DNA of 64,000 nt from a virus (lineage: Duplodnaviria; Caudoviricetes). Location of the stretch: positions 96,001-160,000 of IMG/VR virus record IMGVR_UViG_3300032265_002598; one strand, given 5' to 3'. Both the position numbers and the translations under genes were made by a program. Of the stretch, positions 59,201 through 64,000 are shown one piece after another. The notes below the pieces were generated by a model that did not search any database, was not told where the DNA came from, and saw nothing but the letters and a program-made list of their open reading frames with translations. Position 1 is the stretch's first letter. Each line of letters opens with the position of its first letter.

Positions 59201-59966
59201 CACTATTAATACATCCTTTTGTTCCGGTTGAAGCAAAGAAGATATCTCGACCATATAATTTACCTATGTTGAAAGATTCTTGAAATAAAAATGATCCAGT
59301 TAAAGAAGCATTATTTACTGATTGATTTTGAAATATAAATTTCCCATTACCGCTTCCTTCAATATTACAATTATCTAATAAAAAAGAACCATTATATTGA
59401 ATTCTATCTCCTACTCCAGAAGAGTCTATTAATATAGAAAATAAATCGCTTTTTTTAGCTTTAAGAGTTGTAAAATATGGGCTGTTACCATTTAAATTTA
59501 CTCCGCTTAAGTTTATAGTATTTGATGATATATAAGAATTATTAATAGAAGATTTATTATTTAAAATAAAATAATCTAGTCCTTCAAATATTATTTTATT
59601 AATATCATTTTTACCTCCAGAAAAAGAATTAATATTCCACTGGCAATATGTATTTGGATACCAATGAGAAAAAATAATATCGTTTCCTGCAACAACATTC
59701 TCAGCAACTAATTCTGCACAAGTAAAGTATCCTCTAGTATTTCCTCCATTACTGACTATTCCTCCTGTACTTAAAACAATATTAATATTATTGCATTGTA
59801 GAAATGGGATTTGAGAATAACATTGAGCATTATCTATTATAGAATAAGCGAAAAAAGAAGAATCGATCTCTACCTCATCGATCTGATTTCTTGGAATAGC
59901 TATGCTTTGATTACTAAACTTAGCATCTTTCCACCAATGATGAGAATCGCACCACTCAGATGTCAT
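56223..59966 (-). CDS. Beta-solenoid repeat protein (1247 aa), putative fibre/adhesin
   Basis: Recurrent F-x3-S-x-N-x-G motif with a ~15-aa period over most of the length. SD GAGAGGA. Confidence 0.65.
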   Translation of the reverse strand: MTSEWCDSHHWWKDAKFSNQSIAIPRNQIDEVEIDSSFFAYSIIDNAQCYSQIPFLQCNNINIVLSTGGIVSNGGNTRGYFTCAELVAENVVAGNDIIFSHWYPNTYCQWNINSFSGGKNDINKIIFEGLDYFILNNKSSINNSYISSNTINLSGVNLNGNSPYFTTLKAKKSDLFSILIDSSGVGDRIQYNGSFLLDNCNIEGSGNGKFIFQNQSVNNASLTGSFLFQESFNIGKLYGRDIFFASTGTKGCINSGTIYGDVIFSGVGSINAGVVSGITTFVSGAINKGIILEPAIFYSGTLNKGLLKKYSWFDYAINDGILISGAKFTFAKNQYNIGDGSGNFLFANNSENRGSIGNSGIISFISGSSNWSELNAPAALTFFDSASFNKSVITGIASFGSGCVNGGSLVTGIFNKDSINSGNIFNLGIFNNISINVGNATGAIFYGQSANSGKVGSGRFESFSHNGKDVGYGSFYGNSQNISGATAQNAIFCNQSSNMSGSNIGLFAEFGQNSINYASGNYSCNFFENAINYAYLNNRLIFFSGSSINKNYAKGAVFFDNAFNDKMAGIHSGYFLNNSTNYGYAQSGDFFHRSKNQNLGVLEIANFHDFSINNSSMRRPFVSGQDQFTYGARQIEILDSGINNASLENVAINFKNSGINNGKLNWTPIEHEKFIFTSSGILTIDSVYDAQSNAFIYYTGNITNESFLTLFNKSPSIIFQDNTINRGNIFGYKQVIFKNTGINYANISIYPVFPSDHITAIFNGTTGTGAICSNYGNIEHTVNFKDSINYGTIDLGLFDRSINSGNILGISGTLNFINSSKNFGALSTFAIFNNSKNFNNINSSGNFSGSVNFGDITRDAIFTDSDNYGDIGGNLTMNNSLCFASNVGGIANFDKSEYVSSIFASGATFTDGALFGDAAFNPSKSYFSYRTSDIDIDIFLARNKIVTKNSVISNTGFFNQSTNYGGYLANGGSFNKSINFGNIDGPSSFGNSINAYLATLNGLCSFGDNSINYGNIINGRNDDIKNNIDPTILYFYRQPYVSGFIQDNICSTVFINSTNKGTINGVSIFSNSKNSHFITGKTLFLSSTNDNSDTIERIEYVPPYPIYPIPIIQRVGTKTYIWSNDHILQSDHGYIFGDYIFYYSINNGSIENGGGIFDNSENKNIINTNSDSLFINSTNKGIATNHNTTFEFSKNKGTVIGNATFISGQNYHLVSGDAIFISGSCYDTFSQVIGTITEDGTLTECKS

Positions 59967-59983
59967 AGTTATATCCTCTCACT

Positions 59984-61567
59984 TTAATTAAAATACAGAG
60001 TAGAGGTGGTTTCTTGGTTTTTAAACTTGTGGATAGGATAAAATTGTTTATAGTCTAGATTCCTAGGAGGAAAACCGCTATTTGTTGATAATCCTATAAT
60101 TAAACCAAAAGCACTTTGATGATCTGTACAAGCAAAAGGAACACAGCTAGAATCTTCTGAACACGCAGCGGCTTGAGCTTGTGATATAGGATCGCACGGT
60201 TCAGGACATTCTTTTTTACGACATCCTATTAAATCTGGATTTTGATTAAATTTTACTATCTTACTTAGGTGGGTTTCTGTAACTAAAAAACTACCATCTG
60301 GTATTGGTCCCCAACTAGGACCACCACCAGTATTCCAATTTCCCCAACTATTGGCAATTAAGAATACACACTCTGGATATTCTATCTTACGATCATCATA
60401 TCCTATAATGGAGTATGTATGATAATGATTACGATCAGGATAGGTTAATCCGGTAGAATCTCTAGTATTAGGAAATCCAACATTAGTAAATAATACAACC
60501 CCATAGCCATTGTATAATAAATCTTTGACACTACTAGTTTGATCTTTTTGAATAAAACTAATAGTTCTCATTCTTGGAACAATATTGTTTGATATTCCAG
60601 TATTTTTTATATAGTCATAACCATTATTGTTTTGAAAATATTTTAAAAATAAATCGTTTTTGCAAATATTCATACTAGAAGATACAACTGGATCTAAAAA
60701 GTTAGCATATCCATCATATCTTTTTCTTTTAACTATTCCTATATGTTTGAAAACTTCATCAATCCAACCAGTTAAAATATTTCCTCCAAAAGAACTATCT
60801 TCTGATGGTACTAGATATTGAAAATCAAATCTGCTTGTTTGTGGTTGTCCACAACAAAGATTCATTTTATCTCTACAATTACCAGCGCAGCATGGGTCTG
60901 TAGCATAACCCGGATCATCTGCTTCTCTTGTACATGGGCTACAACTATCACATGTACTTTTCATAGTCAATAAATTTAATTGACAAGAATGTGGAGCCCC
61001 TAAAGAACCGGGCACTGAAGTAACAAAACAAGATAATTCTTGATCGCAACCTATTGTTCTTTCTATATCAGGATATGTATATCTACCAATAGAATTAGTT
61101 ATTGCATTTCCATTTTGGTCTAATAAAATACCAGAAACTACATCTGGACCAAGCATCATTAAACAGTCTGGTAGAGAGTTGCCAGCAAAATATTGGAGAT
61201 ATTCTGTAGACATTCTGGCTTCCCAATCTTGATAATTACCACTAACCTCTATATCGCAGGCTCGTGTAATATCACAAGCATTTCTTATACCATAAGCAGT
61301 TCCGCTTTTAATATCAGATTGGATTTCTGTAAATGCTTCAGCATCTAATCTCATTAAAAATTTAAAAGGCATACCTAGTTTATTAGCGCCAGTGCCGCTA
61401 ATATTACCAGTAAGAGCTGGAGAAATATTTGGCACTCCAGAAGTTATTGGATCATAACAAGGCCTATTTAAATGTTTTACAAATTTAACCAAACGAATCA
61501 AGTCGTATGGGGTACCATCACAAATATTTGCAGAGTATTCATTATATAGTTGAGTGGGAGTAAACAT
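59984..61567 (-). CDS. Papain-like (C1A) peptidase fold, catalytic Cys apparently replaced by Gly
   Basis: HTYSIIGY (His) and FLIANSWG (Asn) motifs are present. The N-terminal QSDIKSGTAY aligns with QxxxGSCWAF, with G at the Cys position. Confidence 0.7.
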   Translation of the reverse strand: MFTPTQLYNEYSANICDGTPYDLIRLVKFVKHLNRPCYDPITSGVPNISPALTGNISGTGANKLGMPFKFLMRLDAEAFTEIQSDIKSGTAYGIRNACDITRACDIEVSGNYQDWEARMSTEYLQYFAGNSLPDCLMMLGPDVVSGILLDQNGNAITNSIGRYTYPDIERTIGCDQELSCFVTSVPGSLGAPHSCQLNLLTMKSTCDSCSPCTREADDPGYATDPCCAGNCRDKMNLCCGQPQTSRFDFQYLVPSEDSSFGGNILTGWIDEVFKHIGIVKRKRYDGYANFLDPVVSSSMNICKNDLFLKYFQNNNGYDYIKNTGISNNIVPRMRTISFIQKDQTSSVKDLLYNGYGVVLFTNVGFPNTRDSTGLTYPDRNHYHTYSIIGYDDRKIEYPECVFLIANSWGNWNTGGGPSWGPIPDGSFLVTETHLSKIVKFNQNPDLIGCRKKECPEPCDPISQAQAAACSEDSSCVPFACTDHQSAFGLIIGLSTNSGFPPRNLDYKQFYPIHKFKNQETTSTLYFN

Positions 61568-61590
61568 ATATTGGTCTAATTAAGCTAACT

Positions 61591-61848
61591 TTATTTAGTC
61601 TGATTTAGCTTATTATAAACCACAAGAGCTAAAGTGCCACCAGCAACACCCATAAATATACCCGCTGGACTCATACTACTATATTGTCCCATTAAATACA
61701 TTATAGCTCCGCCTAAATAAGAACCAGCTACTCCAAGAGCTACTGTTTTAACAAAACCAAAATTTTCTTCACCAGGAACTAAGCTTTTGGCAATAGACCC
61801 AACAAATAGACCATAAACACACCATACTAAAATATTAAACATTGGCAT
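61591..61848 (-). CDS. GlsB/YeaQ/YmgE (transglycosylase-associated) membrane protein
   Basis: VYGLFVGSIAKSLVPG...GVAGSYLGG...GVAGG, three hydrophobic helices. The start may be 61842. Confidence 0.8.
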   Translation of the reverse strand: MPMFNILVWCVYGLFVGSIAKSLVPGEENFGFVKTVALGVAGSYLGGAIMYLMGQYSSMSPAGIFMGVAGGTLALVVYNKLNQTK

Positions 61849-62239
61849 TCTCCACTAGGGTTTTAATTTCATCATCCGTGAGAACTTCTCCTGTTTCTAA
61901 CAAAGCATTCAAAATACTTAATGAATATTTTTCATAATCTTCTCTATTCATTTCTCTGCGTAAAATTTTCTTAATTCTCATTTTTGTAAACCAGCCTCTA
62001 CGTTCACTGAAAGTATGTAGCTGTTCACCATATATAGAGTATTTATCTTCTGCTGTTGAACTAGCTGATAGTTTATTTTTATTACACTCTTGTAAAATTC
62101 TTACACAAGTTAATACTATACTAATTATCATTAAAATAGTAACAATAGCAAATCCATATACTTCATCTTTTTGTACATTAGATTTTTCTAAAATTTTAAC
62201 AGCTATAGCTTTTAGTTTTTCATTATCTGGAGTTGTCAT
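61835..62239 (-). CDS. Hypothetical single-TM membrane protein
   Basis: FAIVTILMIISIVLTCV hydrophobic segment. Confidence 0.6.
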   Translation of the reverse strand: MTTPDNEKLKAIAVKILEKSNVQKDEVYGFAIVTILMIISIVLTCVRILQECNKNKLSASSTAEDKYSIYGEQLHTFSERRGWFTKMRIKKILRREMNREDYEKYSLSILNALLETGEVLTDDEIKTLVENANV

Positions 62240-62276
62240 AATTATTACCTTATTAAAATGATTGAATCTTAATTTG

Positions 62277-62283
62277 ATACACC
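62277..62283 (-). promoter_or_regulatory. Intergenic RGTGTAT motif (third copy)
   Basis: GGTGTAT directly after tandem stops TAG TAA, 38 nt upstream of ATG 62239. Confidence 0.4.
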
Positions 62284-62286
62284 TTA

Positions 62287-63999
62287 CTATACGTTTGCGG
62301 ACTCAAGAATTACAGAAGGATATCCTCCATCTGTTCCTATACTAGCTATTCTATAAGTACCTGAAATATCAGCAATTCCAATACCTACCGAAGAAGTAAT
62401 TATAACTACTAATTCTCCTACAATAAAAGTTCCAGTAACTGTGCTACCAACTCCGGCATTAACTCTACCATTTTTTACTCCTAAACTAGATGTATATAAC
62501 GCTGTTTGAATAGCCCCAGAGGTTTGACCAGTCATACTAGACGAATTAGCAGGATATGATTGGCTCCAATTACTAAAATCACTAGGAGATACTTTAACAG
62601 TTGGGTTGGTTTTAAAGAATCTTTTTCCTATGGTAACTGTTGCTGGGGCATAGATATTTGGAGTTGTGTAGTATCTATATACTGGGGTGCTTTGACAATA
62701 GCTATCTCCAAATTGATTATATACTGTACATATATTTGCATATCCTATCCTTTTTCTATATTTTCTTACATATGCAAAATTAGAAACATTAAATTGTGGA
62801 GATGTTGCATTATTACTATTGATCATATCTCCTCTGTCAATTGTCAATGTCTGAGCAAATTCTGTTTCCATTGGATCTATATTATTAAGATTATATCTAT
62901 CAGAACCATCAGATGTTGATCTATATTTTTCATAGATAAAATTTGAACCAAAAGTAAAAGTTCCACCATTTGGGTTTGGAATTCCAGTTCCTAAATTGGT
63001 AAAAGTTATAGGGTATTGAGCAAATACTGAGGATGTTCCTCCACTACAAGAAATAGAAAAATCAAATGAACCTGATACTATACTTAATTCTAATGCTTCC
63101 CAACCAGATAAATCTGAAACAAAAGTATCTCGATACCATATCACGGGGGCTATCATAATACAACCACCACCCAATTCATCACGACATGTATCTACTCCAG
63201 TTGCATATGGATCTCCAGATATTGGAAGAAAATCTACTACAGACGGATATGGTATAGTAAATGTGATACTATTTTCTGGTAATAAAAATTTAAAAGAAGA
63301 AATCAGATCAATATTTTCATTAGTTTTGGAAGTATATAATGAACGATAATCTATTAAAAGATCTGGGTCTGTAAATGCAACTGTTGTATTAAATGTCTTA
63401 TGATTATTATTAGAAAATGTTACAAGACCGGTGGCTTTAGAAGCTCTATCAACTGTGAAAATAGTATATTTATGAGGAAACGAACTACTTATAGTATATG
63501 CAATATTATTACCATCAACCATATTCAATCCAGTAGTAGAAATAATACCAGACCAATATTTACCTTCTGTACCTCCATAAAGACCTCCTGCTGGAGAGGC
63601 GGTTTTATATTGAATTTCTATCAAATTTCCTGCTCTAGCATTTAACCCAGTATTATATATCACTCCGCTGTAAGGCCAAGTAGTTTCAAAGTCTCGTACT
63701 ATCAAATTCTCTGTACGAGTATTTAATCCTGTGGTAGAAACAATACCACTAACATATTTACCCCCAACTCTACCATATTTATTAGCAGCAGGCGTTCCTG
63801 CATAAAATTGAACTTCCATGTTGTTTCCAACAATAGCATTTAATCCAGTATTATAAATTACTCCACTATATGGCCATGTCGTCTCAAAATCTCGTACTAT
63901 TAGATTTTCTGTTCTACTATTAAGTCCTGTTGTAGAAATAATTCCACTAAAATATTTGCCTCCAACACCACCATATTTATTAGCTGCTGGAGTAGACGA
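62287..63999 (-). CDS. Repeat-containing putative virion protein (5' partial; frame open to the window end)
   Basis: No stop between 63819 and 64000 in this frame. Contains tandem 66-aa repeats. Confidence 0.7.
   Translation of the reverse strand, partial: SSTPAANKYGGVGGKYFSGIISTTGLNSRTENLIVRDFETTWPYSGVIYNTGLNAIVGNNMEVQFYAGTPAANKYGRVGGKYVSGIVSTTGLNTRTENLIVRDFETTWPYSGVIYNTGLNARAGNLIEIQYKTASPAGGLYGGTEGKYWSGIISTTGLNMVDGNNIAYTISSSFPHKYTIFTVDRASKATGLVTFSNNNHKTFNTTVAFTDPDLLIDYRSLYTSKTNENIDLISSFKFLLPENSITFTIPYPSVVDFLPISGDPYATGVDTCRDELGGGCIMIAPVIWYRDTFVSDLSGWEALELSIVSGSFDFSISCSGGTSSVFAQYPITFTNLGTGIPNPNGGTFTFGSNFIYEKYRSTSDGSDRYNLNNIDPMETEFAQTLTIDRGDMINSNNATSPQFNVSNFAYVRKYRKRIGYANICTVYNQFGDSYCQSTPVYRYYTTPNIYAPATVTIGKRFFKTNPTVKVSPSDFSNWSQSYPANSSSMTGQTSGAIQTALYTSSLGVKNGRVNAGVGSTVTGTFIVGELVVIITSSVGIGIADISGTYRIASIGTDGGYPSVILESANV
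63505..63995 (-). repeat. Tandem 198-nt (66-aa) repeats, at least 2.5 copies
   Basis: TPAANKYG(G/R)VGGKY.SGI.STTGLN.RTENLIVRDFETTWPYSGVIYNTGLNA occurs twice 198 nt apart, followed by a degenerate third half-copy. Confidence 0.9.
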
Positions 64000-64000
64000 A

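Noticed and set aside
1088-63645. Short ORFs nested in or antisense to the long genes (for example 1088-1468, 29668-30114, 33596-33997, 39954-40457, 62560-62919)
   Set aside because: They fully overlap well-supported genes, show no motifs and look like shadow frames.
1-64000. CRISPR arrays, tRNA, rRNA, transposases, DGR template/variable repeats
   Set aside because: None recognisable by eye. Intergenic space is minimal, and the repeats found are in-frame protein repeats. The Cas4-like gene has no cas neighbours.
1-64000. Cellular chromosome or eukaryotic giant virus origin
   Set aside because: There are no ribosomal or housekeeping operons. The bacterial-type DnaE/DnaB/DnaG/RecA, SD sites and sigma70 promoters, together with tail-like genes, fit a large bacteriophage better.

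Overview
AT-rich, gene-dense window that reads as part of a large (jumbo-type) tailed bacteriophage genome. The host is not determinable from this window. 1-24685 (+ strand) is a block of very large virion-type genes: a partial tape-measure-like protein with an EF-hand pair and four copies of a ~55-aa motif, a YadA-like tail fibre, and 533, 1828 and 2612 aa tail-type proteins, the last Cys-rich. 24666-64000 (- strand) carries two glycosyltransferase clusters (one with UDP-galactopyranose mutase and a GT90-like enzyme), a bacterial-type replisome (SSB, split DnaE, DEDDh exonuclease, DnaG, DnaB, RecA), nucleotide metabolism genes (dNMP kinase, class II ribonucleotide reductase, dCMP deaminase), PhoH, several nucleases, a 1247-aa beta-solenoid protein and a papain-fold protein lacking its catalytic Cys. 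The most striking signal is in dnaE. The true start (ATG 38422, with a good SD) encodes MDMTRGYVPLHVHS, then a 10-nt insert (TAGGTGGGCT, 38380-38371) opens with a stop codon and shifts the frame in the middle of the PHP motif HxHSxYSLLDG. Removing exactly 10 nt restores the motif. The site sits in a predicted hairpin, which suggests programmed ribosomal bypassing or micro-intron removal; an assembly error has not been excluded. The same polymerase is also split into two intein-less genes with an exonuclease between them. All family calls are by motif recognition only; no database searches were run.
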